The position numbers and the translations under genes were made by a program. A DNA stretch of 64,000 bases from an uncultured cyanobacterium (GTDB lineage: Bacteria; Cyanobacteriota; Cyanobacteriia; PCC-6307; Cyanobiaceae), in contig CAVONQ010000018.1 in assembly GCA_963697335.1 (NCBI GenBank), forward strand, positions 384,001 to 448,000. Reading direction: 5' to 3'. The notes below the pieces were generated by a model, which was not told where the DNA came from, searched no databases, and worked only from the letters and a program-made list of their open reading frames with translations. Of this stretch, positions 28,627 to 40,680 are shown piece after piece. How positions within the stretch are numbered: position 1 is the stretch's first letter; each line of letters begins with the position of its first letter.

Positions 28627-29853
28627 TCAAAGTCTGCGGATCCGCTGCATGGCCTCATCCACGTTGGCGCGGCTGTTGAAGGCTGAGAGGCGGAAATAGC
28701 CCTCTCCGGCGGCGCCGAAGCCGCTGCCCGGCGTGCCCACCACATGGGCCTGGCTCAGCAGCTTGTCGAAGAAGCCCCACGAATCCAGCCCGGCGGGTGT
28801 CTTGAGCCACACATAGGGCGCCTGCTCGCCGCCATACACCTGCAGGCCCGCCGCCGCCAGCTCGCGCCGGATGATCGCGGCGTTTTCCATGTAGAAGGCC
28901 ACCAGGTCCTTCACCTGGGTCTGCCCCTCGGCGGAATAGACCGCCTCGGCCCCGCGCTGCACGATGTAGCTGACGCCGTTGAACTTGGTGCTCTGGCGCC
29001 GGTTCCAGAGGCCCCAGAGCTCCACGGCTTCGCCGTTGGCCGCCGTGCCCATCAGGCCCCGCGGCACCACCGTGAAGGCGCAGCGGGTGCCGGTGAAGCC
29101 GGCGTTTTTGGAGAAGGAGCGGAACTCGATCGCGCACTCCCGGGCCCCCTCGATCTCGTAGATCGAATGGGGCAGCTCCGGATCCTGAATGAAGGCCTCG
29201 TAGGCGGCGTCGAACAGAATCAGGGCGCCGTGGGCGCGGGCGTAGTCCACCCAGGCCTTGAGCTGTTCCTTGCTGGCCACCGCACCGGTGGGGTTGTTAG
29301 GGAAGCAGAGGTAGATCAGATCCACCGGCTCGTTGGGGATCTGGGCGCTGAAGCCGTTCTCGGCATTGATCGGCAGGTAGGTGAGGCCGCCGTACTGGCC
29401 GCTCTCATCGGCCTCGCCGGTGCGGCCCGCCATCACGTTGCTGTCCACATACACCGGATACACCGGATCGGTCACGGCGATGCGGTTGTCCGGTCCGAGG
29501 ATGTCGAGGATATTGCTGCTGTCGCACTTGGAGCCGTCGGAGACGAAGATCTCCTCGGCGCTCACCTGGCAGCCGCGGGCCTGGAAATCGTGGGCGGCGA
29601 TCGCCTCGCGCAGCCAGCCGTAGCCCTGTTCCGGGCCATAGCCATGGAAGCCCTCGGCGGTGCCCATGGCATCGATCGCCGCCTTCATGGCGCTGCGGCA
29701 GGCCGCCGGCAGCGGTTCGGTGACATCGCCGATGCCGAGGCGGATCAGAGCGGCCCCGGGATGGGCCTCGCCGAAGGCCTTCACCCTCCGGGCGATCTCT
29801 GGAAACAGATACCCCGCCTTGAGCTTGAGGTAGTTGCCGTTGACCTGCACCAC
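28627..29853 (-). CDS. dapL: LL-diaminopimelate aminotransferase
   Basis: [38 protein letters not shown]. Confidence 0.96.
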   Translation of the reverse strand: MVQVNGNYLKLKAGYLFPEIARRVKAFGEAHPGAALIRLGIGDVTEPLPAACRSAMKAAIDAMGTAEGFHGYGPEQGYGWLREAIAAHDFQARGCQVSAEEIFVSDGSKCDSSNILDILGPDNRIAVTDPVYPVYVDSNVMAGRTGEADESGQYGGLTYLPINAENGFSAQIPNEPVDLIYLCFPNNPTGAVASKEQLKAWVDYARAHGALILFDAAYEAFIQDPELPHSIYEIEGARECAIEFRSFSKNAGFTGTRCAFTVVPRGLMGTAANGEAVELWGLWNRRQSTKFNGVSYIVQRGAEAVYSAEGQTQVKDLVAFYMENAAIIRRELAAAGLQVYGGEQAPYVWLKTPAGLDSWGFFDKLLSQAHVVGTPGSGFGAAGEGYFRLSAFNSRANVDEAMQRIRRL

Positions 29854-29951
29854 AGGGTTGCTGCCGAACTCCAGCGGGCATCCTGCTACGTCAGCTGGCT
29901 GCCGCGTGGCCCCGGGCTGCATACCATCGGCCCAGGCCTGCCCGCGCCCCC

Positions 29952-32630
29952 ATGACCGCCACTCCGACTGTCGTGGCCGCCGCGACCGAGCCGATCGACT
30001 TCGATGCCCTGATCGACCTCTCCATCAGCAAGCCGGCCCGCTACCTCGGCAACGAGCTCGGCGTGGAGCCCCGCGACTGGCACGCCGCCGCCGTGCGCTG
30101 GGCCCTCACCTACCCCGAGGTCTACGAGGTGGGGGCCAGCAACCTGGGCCACATCATTCTCTATTCCCTGCTCAATGCCGTTCCCGGCCAGCTCTGCGAC
30201 CGCGCCTACCTGCCGGCGCCCGACCTGGCCGAGCGGCTGCGGGAGCGGCAGCAGGCTCTGTTCGCGGTGGAGAGCCGCCGCCCCCTGCCGGCCTTCGACA
30301 TCCTCGGCTTCAGCCTCAGCTACGAGCTTGGCGGCACCAACATCCTCGAGATGCTGGACCTGGCCCGCTTGCCCCTTTGGGCCGACCAGCGCGGCGATCT
30401 GCCCCTGGGCCATCCCGGGGCGCCGCCCCTGATCTTCGCCGGGGGGCCCACGGCCACCAGCAACCCCGAGCCCTTCGCCGCCTTCTTCGACTTCATCGCC
30501 CTGGGCGATGGCGAGGAGCTGCTGCCGGAGATCGGCCTGGTGGTGGCCGAGGCCAAGGCGGCCGGCCTCAGCCGCCGCGACACCTTGCGGGACCTGGCCC
30601 AGGTGCCGGGCGTGTACGTGCCCGCTCTCTACGGGCCGGGCCCCGATGGAGTGGCGATCGTGCCCCTGGAACCCGGGCTGCCGCCGCGGATCCAGCGGCG
30701 CACCGCCAGCCCCATGCCCCACTACGCCATGGGGCTGGTGCCCCACATCGAAACGGTTCACGACCGCCTCACGGTGGAGATCCGGCGGGGCTGCACCCGC
30801 GGCTGCCGCTTCTGCCAGCCCGGCATGCTCACCCGGCCGGCCCGGGATGTGGAGCCCGAGGCGGTGATCGAGGCGGTCGAGGAGGGGATGCGCCGCACCG
30901 GCTACAGCGATTTCTCCCTGCTCTCGCTCAGCTGCTCCGACTACCTGGCTCTGCCGGCGGTGGGGGTGGAACTGCGCAACCGTCTGGCCGAGCAGAACGT
31001 GAGCCTCACCCTGCCCAGCCAGCGGGTGGATCGCTTCGACGATGACATCGCCCACATCCTCGGTGGTACCCGCAGGGCCGGGCTCACTTTTGCCCCGGAG
31101 GCCGGCACCCAGCGCCTGCGCGACATCGTCAACAAGGGCCTCACCGACGCCGAGCTGCTGCGGGGCCTGCGCACGGCCATGCAGAACGGCTACAGAAAGG
31201 TGAAGCTCTACTTCATGATCGGCCTGCCCGGCGAGAGCGACGCCGACGTGCTCGGCATCGCCGACACCTGCCGCGCTCTGCAGGAGCAGTGCCGCGATCT
31301 GGGCCGCCTGGAGTTGAACCTCACGATCAGCACCTTCACGCCCAAGCCCCACACCCCGTTCCAGTGGCACAGCGTCAGCGGCGAGGAATTGCGGCGCCGC
31401 CAGGGGCTGGTGCGCCAGGCCCTGCGCCAGCTGCGCGGCGTCAAGACCAACACCACCGACCTGCGCCTCTCCGCCGTCGAAGACTTCGTGGGCCGGGGCG
31501 ACCGGCGCCTGGCGCCGGTGATCGAGGCGGCCTGGCGGGCCGGCGCCGGCCTGGACGCCTGGTTTGAGTCGGCGGAGCGCAGCCATGCCGCCTGGACCGG
31601 GGCGATCGAGGCGGCCGGCCTGGGCGGCCGCTATCGCGCCCTGGAGATGGGGGCCTGGAGCGCCGCGGAAGCCCTCAGCGCCGATGACCTCGACGCCTTC
31701 TGCCGCCAGAGCCTGCCCTGGGACCACATCGACACCGGCGTCGACAAGCGCTGGCTCGCTGAAGACCTGCAGCGGGCCCTGGCCGCCACCGTGGTGCCGG
31801 ACTGCTCCTTCGAGGGCTGCAGCAGCTGTGGAGTGTGTGGACCGGAGCTGGGCCACAACGTGGTGATCCCGGCGCCCCCGGTACCGCCCCAGCTGCCGCC
31901 GCGGGCCCCCGCCTCGGAGCGGGTGCTGCGGCTGCGCTTCGGCTTTGCCAAGACCGGCAGCCTCGCCCTGATCAGCCACCTCGACACATTGCGTCTGCTG
32001 GAGCGGGCCCTGCGCCGCAGCGGCCTGCCGGTGAGCTTCAGCGGCGGCTTCCACCCACTGCCCCGGCTGCAGCTGGCCCTGGCGCTGCCGCTTGGAGTGG
32101 CGGGCCTGGGGGAATGGCTTGACCTGGAGTTCACCGAGCGGCTCGATCCCGCTGAAGCCCGCCAACGGCTGCAGCAGCAGTTGCCGAGCACGTTTCAGCT
32201 GCTCTCGGTGGCCGAGGTGCCCAGCTTCGGCCCCAGCCTCTCCCAGGAACTGGAGGCCTCCCGCTGGCGTCTGGAGCTGCGGCCGCCGGCCGGGGTGGCG
32301 CTGCCTGGCCAGGAGCGCTGGCAGCAGGCGATCGCCGCGGTGCTGGGCGCCGACACCCTGCCCTGGCATGACAGCGACAAGAAGGGGCGTCCTCGCAGCC
32401 GCGACTGTCGCCCCGTGCTGCGGGATCTGCGTTGGCTCGCCCCCCAGCCCGCCGATGCCGCCAGCGATGGCTCAGCCTGGTTCGAGTTCGAGGCCGCCAT
32501 CGATGCCAGCGGCCGCAGCCTGCGGCCGGCCCAGCTGGCCCACTGGCTGGCAGAGCAGCTGGGGATGCCCATCACCTGCGGGGCCATGGAGCGCACGGCC
32601 CTGACCCTGCGCGGCGGCCTGATCGCCTGA
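29952..32630 (+). CDS. B12-binding radical SAM protein fused to C-terminal radical-SAM-linked (DUF2344-like) domain
   Basis: [33 protein letters not shown]-terminal ISHLD..R...R..LP...SGGFHP.PR. Confidence 0.88.
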   Translation: MTATPTVVAAATEPIDFDALIDLSISKPARYLGNELGVEPRDWHAAAVRWALTYPEVYEVGASNLGHIILYSLLNAVPGQLCDRAYLPAPDLAERLRERQQALFAVESRRPLPAFDILGFSLSYELGGTNILEMLDLARLPLWADQRGDLPLGHPGAPPLIFAGGPTATSNPEPFAAFFDFIALGDGEELLPEIGLVVAEAKAAGLSRRDTLRDLAQVPGVYVPALYGPGPDGVAIVPLEPGLPPRIQRRTASPMPHYAMGLVPHIETVHDRLTVEIRRGCTRGCRFCQPGMLTRPARDVEPEAVIEAVEEGMRRTGYSDFSLLSLSCSDYLALPAVGVELRNRLAEQNVSLTLPSQRVDRFDDDIAHILGGTRRAGLTFAPEAGTQRLRDIVNKGLTDAELLRGLRTAMQNGYRKVKLYFMIGLPGESDADVLGIADTCRALQEQCRDLGRLELNLTISTFTPKPHTPFQWHSVSGEELRRRQGLVRQALRQLRGVKTNTTDLRLSAVEDFVGRGDRRLAPVIEAAWRAGAGLDAWFESAERSHAAWTGAIEAAGLGGRYRALEMGAWSAAEALSADDLDAFCRQSLPWDHIDTGVDKRWLAEDLQRALAATVVPDCSFEGCSSCGVCGPELGHNVVIPAPPVPPQLPPRAPASERVLRLRFGFAKTGSLALISHLDTLRLLERALRRSGLPVSFSGGFHPLPRLQLALALPLGVAGLGEWLDLEFTERLDPAEARQRLQQQLPSTFQLLSVAEVPSFGPSLSQELEASRWRLELRPPAGVALPGQERWQQAIAAVLGADTLPWHDSDKKGRPRSRDCRPVLRDLRWLAPQPADAASDGSAWFEFEAAIDASGRSLRPAQLAHWLAEQLGMPITCGAMERTALTLRGGLIA

Positions 32631-33045
32631 ATGCGGCGCCGAGCCCACTCAAAATTGAGCAGGCCCCCATGCTAATTTGCAGCCAAGGCGACAGGCCGTT
32701 TGCCTGTGAGCTTCCGCCGCGATTCCGCAGCAACCAGAGCTTTTTCAGCGCAGACCGCAGTCGGCAGCCACCTCCGTTGGCCTGTCCTGCTCCGGGGTTC
32801 AGACCCTGGATTTCGCCCCTCCGCTTTCATGTTTTCAATCCATTGAAAGTAGCCGTGCCCAAGGGGCATGGAGATCTTCCAGCAGCATTGCGCAGCTTCG
32901 CGCCATTCCAGTTCCATGGCGGCCAAGGCAGGGCCTGGCCCTAACTTCCGCTTTTCGTTCAGCCCTCTGGCCCGAAGGTCTGTCATCGGCCTGCCGGCCC
33001 GCCTCATCCCCTGGCAGGACCCCGTTCGGGTCCACCCCATTCCCC

Positions 33046-35112
33046 ATGCCCCAGCAGATCGTCATTGCCGAGCAACTGCGCATCGCCGCGGTGCTCAACG
33101 ACGAACGTGTTGATGAATTGATCGTGGCCCAGGGCCGCTATCAGATCGGAGATGTTTACCTCGGCACAGTTGAAAACGTGCTTCCCGGCATCGATGCCGC
33201 CTTTGTCAACATTGGCGAGAGTGAGAAGAATGGCTTCATTCACGTCACCGATCTCGGCCCCCTGAAGTTGAGGAAGGGGGGCTACGGCATCACCGAGATG
33301 CTGGAGCCGCGCCAGAAGGTGCTGGTGCAGGTGATGAAGGAGCCCACCGGCAACAAGGGCCCCCGGCTCACCGGCAACCTCGCCCTGCCCGGCCGCTACC
33401 TGGTGCTCCAGCCCCACGGCCAGGGAGTTAGCATCTCGCGGCGCGTCGACGGCGACAACGAGCGCAACCGGCTGAGGGCCCTGGGCGTGCTGATCAAGCC
33501 CCCCGGGGCCGGCCTGCTGATCCGCACGGAGGCCGAAGGGGTCAGCGAGGACTTGCTGATCGACGACCTCGAGTCGCTGCTGCGCCAATGGGAGGCCATC
33601 CAGACGGCTGCCGAGGACGCCACTCCGCCGGTGCTGCTCAACCGCGACGAAGACTTCGTCCACCGCATCCTGCGCGACCTCTACAGCCCCGACCTGCAGC
33701 GGGTGGTGGTCGACAGCGCCGAGGGGGTGGGCCGGGCCCGGGCCTTCCTCGGCTCTGACCACGGCAATGTGCTGGTGGAGGCCCATGCGGCTCCCACCGA
33801 CATCCTGGATGCCTTCCGGGTCAACGCCGCCATCCATGACGCCCTCAAGCCCAGGGTGGATCTGCCCTCGGGCGGCTACGTGATCATTGAGCCCACCGAG
33901 GCCCTCACGGTCATCGACGTCAACTCGGGCTCGTTCACCCGTTCGGCCAACGCCCGTGAAACGGTGCTCTGGACCAACTGTGAAGCGGCCATCGAGATTG
34001 CCCGCCAACTCAAGCTGCGCAACATCGGCGGGGTCGTGGTGATCGACTTCATCGACATGGAGCTGCGCCGCGACCAGCTGCAGGTGTTGGAGCACTTCAC
34101 CCAGGCGGTCCGCGATGACGCCGCCCGTCCCCAGATCGCCCAGCTCACGGAACTGGGACTGGTGGAGCTCACCCGCAAGCGCCAGGGCCAGAACGTCTAC
34201 GAGCTGTTCGGCCGCGCCTGTCCCAGCTGTGGCGGACTGGGCCATGTGGCCGTGCTGCCCGGCCGGGACAGCCTGCAGCCCCTGGCCAGTGCCGCTGGGC
34301 TGGTGCGGGCGGCGCCGCCGGCGGCCCGCAGCGAGACGGCCACGACGGCCGCGCCCTCCGAGAACGGCCACGGCAGCCGCCGTCGCCGCGGAGGCCGTGG
34401 TGGCGGCCGCAGCCAGGGCGAGCCTTCGGATGCCACGGTGTTCGTGCCGGTGGCCCCGATGCCGGAGCAGGACTCCTCCTACAACGGCTCCGACAGCCCC
34501 AGGTCCGCCACGGAACCGAGTCAGCGGCGCCCCGAGCCTGACGTTCTGGTGGTGCCCATGAGTGAAGACCAGGAGGCGGTGTACGGCTGGCTGGGCCTGA
34601 GTCCTGCCCTGCTGCTGGACAACCCGGAAGCGGCCGAAGCGGCCGTGGTGCGGGTGGTGCGCCCCGGCGAGGATGCCGACACGGTGCTGGAGGCGGCCCG
34701 TCAGGATCTGGCGGCCAGCGGCTCGCGGCGCCGACGGGGTCGTGGGGGTCGAGGCAGCCGTGACACTCAGGTGTCCGGCGAGGAGTCGGCTCGGGGGGGC
34801 ACGGCGACAGCAGCTGCGCCGGTACCAGTCGCTGCTCCAGTGCCCGCACTTGTGGAGATCACCCCCCTGCCGGAGCTGCGGATGGCAGAGGAAACCGTGC
34901 TCACCGTGTCGGTTCCCAGTGTTGCCGCCGCAGAGGCTCCAGCAGAGACACTCGGCGAAAAGGCCGCCCCCAGCCGGGGTCGAAGCCGCCGCCGGGTGGC
35001 TGACTCCCCAGCTGAGACCCAGGCTGTGGCCGCGCCGACGCCCAGGGCAGACGCGGCTCCAGAGGGAGGCGAACCACGCCGCCGCCGCCGCCGCTCCTCG
35101 GCCGCCGTCTAG
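33046..35112 (+). CDS. rne: ribonuclease E/G
   Basis: S1 domain, [32 protein letters not shown], disordered Arg-rich tail ending RRRRRRSSA. Confidence 0.96.
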   Translation: MPQQIVIAEQLRIAAVLNDERVDELIVAQGRYQIGDVYLGTVENVLPGIDAAFVNIGESEKNGFIHVTDLGPLKLRKGGYGITEMLEPRQKVLVQVMKEPTGNKGPRLTGNLALPGRYLVLQPHGQGVSISRRVDGDNERNRLRALGVLIKPPGAGLLIRTEAEGVSEDLLIDDLESLLRQWEAIQTAAEDATPPVLLNRDEDFVHRILRDLYSPDLQRVVVDSAEGVGRARAFLGSDHGNVLVEAHAAPTDILDAFRVNAAIHDALKPRVDLPSGGYVIIEPTEALTVIDVNSGSFTRSANARETVLWTNCEAAIEIARQLKLRNIGGVVVIDFIDMELRRDQLQVLEHFTQAVRDDAARPQIAQLTELGLVELTRKRQGQNVYELFGRACPSCGGLGHVAVLPGRDSLQPLASAAGLVRAAPPAARSETATTAAPSENGHGSRRRRGGRGGGRSQGEPSDATVFVPVAPMPEQDSSYNGSDSPRSATEPSQRRPEPDVLVVPMSEDQEAVYGWLGLSPALLLDNPEAAEAAVVRVVRPGEDADTVLEAARQDLAASGSRRRRGRGGRGSRDTQVSGEESARGGTATAAAPVPVAAPVPALVEITPLPELRMAEETVLTVSVPSVAAAEAPAETLGEKAAPSRGRSRRRVADSPAETQAVAAPTPRADAAPEGGEPRRRRRRSSAAV

Positions 35113-35117
35113 GCACG

Positions 35118-35750
35118 TTGGCCGCAGACCCCTGGCTGGGATGGCCTCCAGCCCGTTGCGCTGGAGTGGATGAGGTGGGCCGGGGTTGCCTGTTCGGCCC
35201 CGTGTTCGCCGCCGCCGTGGTGCTTGAGACCACCGCGGCGACCGCCTTGCTGGCCCAGGGCCTCACCGACAGCAAGCGGCTCTCCCCCAGGCGTCGCGCC
35301 GCCCTGGTGCCCAAGATCGAGGCCCTCGCCCTCGCCTGGAGCCTGGGCGAGGCCTCGGCGGCCAGCATTGATCAGCACGGCATTCGTGGCGCCACGGAAG
35401 TGGCGATGCTGCAGGCCCTGCAGCGGCTCCCCACGGTGCCTGGGCTGGTGCTGGTGGATGGGGTGCTGCCCCTGCGGGGCTGGCCGGGAGAGCAGGTGTG
35501 CCTTGTGCGGGGTGACAGCCGCCAGCCGGCGATCGCTGCGGCCAGCGTGCTCGCCAAGCAGGCGCGCGACCGGCTGATCAGGGAGCTGGCGGCCTCCTAT
35601 CCGGGCTACGGACTGGAGCGCCACGTGGGCTACGGAACGCCGCAGCATCGGGCCGCCCTGCTGCAGCTGGGACCGACGCCCCTGCACCGCACCAGCTTCC
35701 TGCGCAAGCTCTGGCCCGGCCAGGCTGCCGGGCCTCAGGGCAGCCGCTGA
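35118..35750 (+). CDS. rnhB: ribonuclease HII
   Basis: [26 protein letters not shown]. Confidence 0.95.
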   Translation: MAADPWLGWPPARCAGVDEVGRGCLFGPVFAAAVVLETTAATALLAQGLTDSKRLSPRRRAALVPKIEALALAWSLGEASAASIDQHGIRGATEVAMLQALQRLPTVPGLVLVDGVLPLRGWPGEQVCLVRGDSRQPAIAAASVLAKQARDRLIRELAASYPGYGLERHVGYGTPQHRAALLQLGPTPLHRTSFLRKLWPGQAAGPQGSR

Positions 35751-36259
35751 TGCTCTTGGCACCAGCTCTCGAAGTCAGCCACCAGTTGCTGGCCCACCCG
35801 GGCCTTCATGCCCAGCAGGATGCTGGCGAGGATCGAGCGCCCCGTGGCCTCCAGCACCTTGTGGGGAATCAGCCGCAGCAGCTGGGGCTGGCCCACGCTC
35901 ACGGCCAGGTTGGCCTCGCCGGCGAGCCCCTCGTCACCCGCCTCCAGCCAGGAGCCCAGCCTGAGCTGGAAGTCGTCCACCAGGCCGAGGCCCTCCAGCT
36001 GGCAGTCGCTGGCCACCAGCTCCAGCCGCCCGGGCTCGAGGTGGGTGCGGAGGTCCACCACCGGCTGAACCTTCAGCTGGAACACCTCCAGGCGGCTCAC
36101 GGCGTAGCGGTAGTGCCCTGGCCCCAACCGCTCCAGCTGGCTGGGGTCGAGCAGCGCCTTCACCACCCGGTCTTCATCCGCCAGGTAGCCAGCGAGCCGC
36201 TGCTGCTCCTGCCGCACTCCAAGTTGCAGTTGCTGACTGGCTCGGAAGGCCAGGGGCAT
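35735..36259 (-). CDS. DUF1997 family protein
   Basis: [11 protein letters not shown]...V..LLDPSQL...P.LL.LIP..VLEATG pattern; ATG 36259. Confidence 0.75.
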   Translation of the reverse strand: MPLAFRASQQLQLGVRQEQQRLAGYLADEDRVVKALLDPSQLERLGPGHYRYAVSRLEVFQLKVQPVVDLRTHLEPGRLELVASDCQLEGLGLVDDFQLRLGSWLEAGDEGLAGEANLAVSVGQPQLLRLIPHKVLEATGRSILASILLGMKARVGQQLVADFESWCQEHQRLP

Positions 36260-36325
36260 GGCCTGAGGGCCGGCGCGGCATGATCTTATCGGTCGCCCCG
36301 CGGGGCTCCTGTCCCCCTGACGGTT

Positions 36326-37159
36326 GTGATGCGCGTTGCCTTTCTGGGTCCCAGCGGCACCTATGCCGAGCAGGCCACCCAGCAGCTGGTGGCCCTCGAG
36401 GGCCTCACCCAGGCGGAACTGGTGCCCCAGCTCGGAATCCGGGCGGTGGTTCAGGCCCTGGCCCACGGCGACTGCGCCGCGGCCGTGGTGCCGGTGGAGA
36501 ACTCCGTCGAGGGCGGGGTCACCACCTGCCTCGATGCCCTCTGGGAGCATCCCGACCTCACCATCGCCCATGCCCTGGTGCTGCCGGTGCGCCATGCCCT
36601 GGTGGGCAACGGCAGCCTGGAGGGGATCAGTGAGGTGCTCTCCCATCCCCAGGCTCTGGCCCAGTGCGCCCAGTGGCTGGCGGAGCACCTGCCGCGGGCC
36701 CTGCAGCTGCCCACCAGCTCCACCGCCGATGCGGCACGGATGGTGGCCGGCAGCCGCTTCCGGGCCGCGGTCGCCTCGCAGCAGGCGGCCGCCGAGCACA
36801 ACCTCCAGGTGCTGGCCTATCCCGTCAACGACGTTCCGGGTAACTGCACGCGCTTCCTGCTGCTGCGCCGCGGCACCCGCTCCCATGCCGGTGCCCTGGC
36901 CAGCCTGGCCTACTCGCTGCACTCGAACCAGCCCGGCGCCCTGCTGGAAGCTCTGGGCTGTTTTGCCCGCCGCGGCCTCAACATGAGCCGGATCGAATCG
37001 CGCCCATCGAAACGGGAGATGGGCGAGTACATCTTTTTCGTGGATCTGGAGCTCTCCGGGGGGCCTGAGGTGCTCGAGGCGGTCCTCGACGACCTACGCC
37101 CCCTCTGCGAGCACCTGGCCCTGTTCGGCGCCTATCCGATCACCAGCCGGGTGTCGTAG
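36326..37159 (+). CDS. pheA: prephenate dehydratase
   Basis: FLGPSGTY, PVENSVEG, SHPQALAQC, N.TRF, ACT domain with IESRP. Confidence 0.96.
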   Translation: MMRVAFLGPSGTYAEQATQQLVALEGLTQAELVPQLGIRAVVQALAHGDCAAAVVPVENSVEGGVTTCLDALWEHPDLTIAHALVLPVRHALVGNGSLEGISEVLSHPQALAQCAQWLAEHLPRALQLPTSSTADAARMVAGSRFRAAVASQQAAAEHNLQVLAYPVNDVPGNCTRFLLLRRGTRSHAGALASLAYSLHSNQPGALLEALGCFARRGLNMSRIESRPSKREMGEYIFFVDLELSGGPEVLEAVLDDLRPLCEHLALFGAYPITSRVS

Positions 37160-38162
37160 CCGCACCAGCTGTCCTTGCGCTGCCCTCCCGCCCCTCCAGG
37201 GGCTTGTGGCCCCGGAAGACGCCGAACTGCATCAGTCCGCTGCGAAAGGCCCAGTCCATCAGCAGGATCGTCGGCGTCTCGCGCAGGCCCTGCAGCACTG
37301 CAACCGGCCCCAGGCCGAGGATGGCTCCAGGCCGGCGCAGGCCCTCCAGGATCGAGTCAATCCAGGAGGGCTGGGTAGCCGCCGTCCAGTCGGCGCTCTC
37401 CACGGCCATTCCGCCCGCCCAGGGACTGCTGCCGAGGTTAGCCCGAAGCGAGCGGATGCTGGCGAACTCCGGATGGGCCCACTGCTCCAGCAGCTGTCGC
37501 ATCACCCAGCGTTCGCGCCGATTCATGGCCCCGTCGCCGGGATCGCGCCGGTTCCAGTCGGCCACGGCCAGGAGGCCTCCGGGGCGCAGGCTGCGCAGCA
37601 GTCCATCGGCATAGCCCTGCTTGTCGGGCATGTGGGGTGAGGCCTCCACACTCCACACAGCGTCAAAGCTGCCGGGTTCCACCTCCAGCGCCATGGCGTC
37701 CATCACGGCGAAGCGGCAGTGCTGGCTCAGAGGAGCTGGCGTGAGCTGGCGTGCCCTCTCGATCTGCAGCGGAGAGATGCTGATGCCGAGAACATCGAGG
37801 CCATAGTCGCGGGCAAGGATGCGGGCACTGCCGCCGATCCCGCAGCCCACATCGAGCACCCGACTGCCTGGCGGCAGCTGGTCCAGGCCGCTCCAGCGTG
37901 CCAGTTGATGCACGAAGTCGGCCTTGGCCTGGCGGAAATCCCGGCTGCCGGGCCGGCCTGGCGGCTCGCCGTAGTGGCCCAGATGGATGTGCTCGCCCCA
38001 GAGGCGTTCCAGCAGGGCGTCCTGGGTCCAGCGGTCGTAGGCCGCGGCCACGCTGGCGGAATCCTGATAACGGCGGCTGCGGCGCAGCCAGAGGGCTGCC
38101 GCTGCAGCGGCGGCTGTGGCCAGGCCCACGCCGGCTGCCACAGGCCAACTGATCGAGGGCAT
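37140..38162 (-). CDS. SAM-dependent methyltransferase (MPBQ/MSBQ or tocopherol methyltransferase-like)
   Basis: WGEHIHLGHY, VLDVGCGIGGS, FDAVWSVE..PHMPDK. Confidence 0.85.
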   Translation of the reverse strand: MPSISWPVAAGVGLATAAAAAAALWLRRSRRYQDSASVAAAYDRWTQDALLERLWGEHIHLGHYGEPPGRPGSRDFRQAKADFVHQLARWSGLDQLPPGSRVLDVGCGIGGSARILARDYGLDVLGISISPLQIERARQLTPAPLSQHCRFAVMDAMALEVEPGSFDAVWSVEASPHMPDKQGYADGLLRSLRPGGLLAVADWNRRDPGDGAMNRRERWVMRQLLEQWAHPEFASIRSLRANLGSSPWAGGMAVESADWTAATQPSWIDSILEGLRRPGAILGLGPVAVLQGLRETPTILLMDWAFRSGLMQFGVFRGHKPLEGREGSARTAGAATTPGW

Positions 38163-38202
38163 CGCGGATGCAGAGGGATGGGGGGCGGCAGGGGGAGAGA
38201 CG

Positions 38203-38850
38203 TTACTGGGGTTGAAAGGTGTCCTTCAGCACCGTCCGGGCCGCCAGCTGACGCCGGGTCTGATCCAGCAGGTCGTACTCCTGGCGCAGCCGTTCGCCCG
38301 TGTCGGTGAGTTCCAGAAGGGCCTGCTGGTGATCGGCGACGGGGCCGCCCAGGTGGGAGCCGATCCAGAACGAGAGCTCCCGGGGCAGGTCGGGCAGGTC
38401 GCTCGGCAGGCTGGCTGGCTTGCCCACCAGCTTCGCGGTGAGTTCCACCACGTCGCGCAGGGCCTGATCCACGCTGCCGGCCAGGGTCTGCAGCTCTTCT
38501 GGGGATTCGGGATCTTCGTCTTCGATCCAGCTCACCAGGCCCACCCGAAACGGAGCTTCCCGCACGATATCCAGCACCCGGAAGCGCTGCTGCCCCATCG
38601 TCACGATGTTGCTGCGGTCGTCGTCCTGGGTCTGGCAGTGGATGATTTCGGCACAGCAGCCGATGTCCGCCATCTCCTGCGACTTGGGATCCCAACGCAC
38701 CACCCCGAAGCGGCGGTCTTCGGCCATCACGGTGCGCAGCAGCATCCGGTAGCGGGGCTCGAAGATATGGAGAGGCAGCACTTCCTGAGGGAAGAGCACC
38801 ACGTCAGGCAGGGGGAAGAGCGGCAGCTCCCTTACGGCCAGTTCACCCAT
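38203..38850 (-). CDS. LON peptidase N-terminal substrate-binding domain protein
   Basis: LPLFPLPDVVLFP..LPLHIFEPRYR. Confidence 0.9.
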   Translation of the reverse strand: MGELAVRELPLFPLPDVVLFPQEVLPLHIFEPRYRMLLRTVMAEDRRFGVVRWDPKSQEMADIGCCAEIIHCQTQDDDRSNIVTMGQQRFRVLDIVREAPFRVGLVSWIEDEDPESPEELQTLAGSVDQALRDVVELTAKLVGKPASLPSDLPDLPRELSFWIGSHLGGPVADHQQALLELTDTGERLRQEYDLLDQTRRQLAARTVLKDTFQPQ

Positions 38851-38937
38851 GGCGAGTTGAGGAGTTGCAAGGCCATCCTAGGAACAAGGTCCAGGCGCCG
38901 CGCCCTGTCAGGCTTGGCAGGGGCCGCAGGATATGGC

Positions 38938-39258
38938 TCAGAGCTTCACCTCGATGTCCACACCGCTGGGCAGATCGAGCTTCATCAGAGCGTCGATCGT
39001 CTTGGCAGAGGGGCTGTAGATGTCGATGATGCGCCGGTGGGTGCGGGTTTCGAAGTGCTCCCGGGAATCCTTGTCCACGTGGGGCGAGCGCAGCACGCAG
39101 TAAATCTTGCGCTTGGTCGGCAGGGGGATCGGACCGATCGCCGTGGCTGCTGTGTGGTCAGCCGTTTCAATGATTTTTTCGCAGGAGAGATCGAGCATGC
39201 GGCGATCAAACGCCTTCAGGCGAATGCGGATCTTCTGCTGGGGGATGGCGGTGGACAT
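38938..39258 (-). CDS. rpsJ: 30S ribosomal protein S10
   Basis: [10 protein letters not shown]...GPIPLPT...[14 protein letters not shown]. Confidence 0.98.
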   Translation of the reverse strand: MSTAIPQQKIRIRLKAFDRRMLDLSCEKIIETADHTAATAIGPIPLPTKRKIYCVLRSPHVDKDSREHFETRTHRRIIDIYSPSAKTIDALMKLDLPSGVDIEVKL

Positions 39259-39440
39259 GGGGATCAAAGGCTGGCCGGATGGCGCAGGAAGAAACGTCCT
39301 TGGACGGCGGTGATGGCTGAGCAGTGAATGCGTTGACCCCCAAGGGGGATTTCAACACAGGATTGTCGATGTTCTGGTTCCGGAGGCGGAACGGGGAGGG
39401 GACAGCGAGACAGGATCTGCCTGGCTGCCCCCGGTCGGGT

Positions 39441-40640
39441 TCAGGCGATGATCTTCGACACCACGCCGGCACCGATGGTGCGGCCGCCCTCACGAATGGC
39501 GAAGCGCATGCCCTGCTCGATGGCCACAGGGCAGATCAGCTCACCGGTCATTTTGATGCGGTCGCCTGGCATCACCATTTCCACGTTGGAGCCGTCGTCC
39601 GCGGTGAAGGCGGTGATCTGGCCGGTCACGTCCGTCGTACGGATGTAGAACTGCGGCCGGTAGCCGGCGAAGAAGGGGGTGTGGCGACCGCCCTCTTCCT
39701 TCTTGAGCACATACACCTCACCTTCGAACTTGGTGTGGGGGGTGATCGAACCGGGCTTGATCAGCACCATGCCGCGCTCGATGTCCTCCTTCTGGATGCC
39801 GCGCAGCAGCAGACCCACGTTGTCACCTGCCATGCCCTCGTCGAGGAGCTTGCGGAACATCTCCACACCGGTCACGGTGCTCTTGCGGGTGTCTCTGATT
39901 CCCACGATCTCGATTTCCTCGCCCACCTTCACCTTGCCGCGCTCGATCCGGCCCGTGGCCACGGTGCCGCGACCGGTGATCGAGAACACGTCCTCGACCG
40001 CCATCAGGAATGGCTTGTCAATCTCGCGCTCCGGCTCGGGGATGGAGGCATCCACGGCTTCCATCAGTTCATTGATCTTGCCTTCCCACTCGGCATCGCC
40101 TTCGAGCGCCTTGAGGCCGGACACCTGGATCACGGGGATGTCGTCGCCGGGGAAGTCGTAGCTGCTCAGCAGCTCGCGCACTTCCAGTTCCACCAGCTCG
40201 AGAATCTCCTCGTCATCCACCATGTCGCATTTGTTGAGTGCAACCACGAGGGCCGGCACGCCCACCTGCTTGGCCAGCAGGATGTGCTCCTTGGTCTGGG
40301 CCATCGGGCCGTCGGTGGCAGCCACCACCAGGATGGCACCGTCCATCTGGGCGGCACCGGTGATCATGTTCTTCACGTAGTCCGCGTGACCGGGGCAGTC
40401 GACGTGGGCGTAGTGACGGTTGTCGGTTTCGTACTCGACGTGGGCGGTGTTGATCGTGATGCCGCGCTCGCGCTCTTCAGGGGCGCCGTCGATCTGGTCG
40501 TAGGCCTGGGCCTTCGCGAAACCTTTTTTCGCCAGCACATTGGTGATGGCGGCCGTGAGGGTGGTTTTGCCGTGGTCAACGTGGCCGATGGTGCCGATGT
40601 TGACGTGGGGTTTGTTCCTTTCGAACTTTTCGCGAGCCAT
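39441..40640 (-). CDS. tuf: elongation factor Tu
   Basis: [27 protein letters not shown]. Confidence 0.99.
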   Translation of the reverse strand: MAREKFERNKPHVNIGTIGHVDHGKTTLTAAITNVLAKKGFAKAQAYDQIDGAPEERERGITINTAHVEYETDNRHYAHVDCPGHADYVKNMITGAAQMDGAILVVAATDGPMAQTKEHILLAKQVGVPALVVALNKCDMVDDEEILELVELEVRELLSSYDFPGDDIPVIQVSGLKALEGDAEWEGKINELMEAVDASIPEPEREIDKPFLMAVEDVFSITGRGTVATGRIERGKVKVGEEIEIVGIRDTRKSTVTGVEMFRKLLDEGMAGDNVGLLLRGIQKEDIERGMVLIKPGSITPHTKFEGEVYVLKKEEGGRHTPFFAGYRPQFYIRTTDVTGQITAFTADDGSNVEMVMPGDRIKMTGELICPVAIEQGMRFAIREGGRTIGAGVVSKIIA

Positions 40641-40680
40641 GGGAGGAAAGAATCGGGGGGGTTGTTGGGTAGGGTGAAGA

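Noticed and set aside
34370..35100. Arg-rich patches in the RNase E tail as related to the Arg/Ser precursors
   Set aside because: Normal RNA- and partner-binding motifs of cyanobacterial RNase E.
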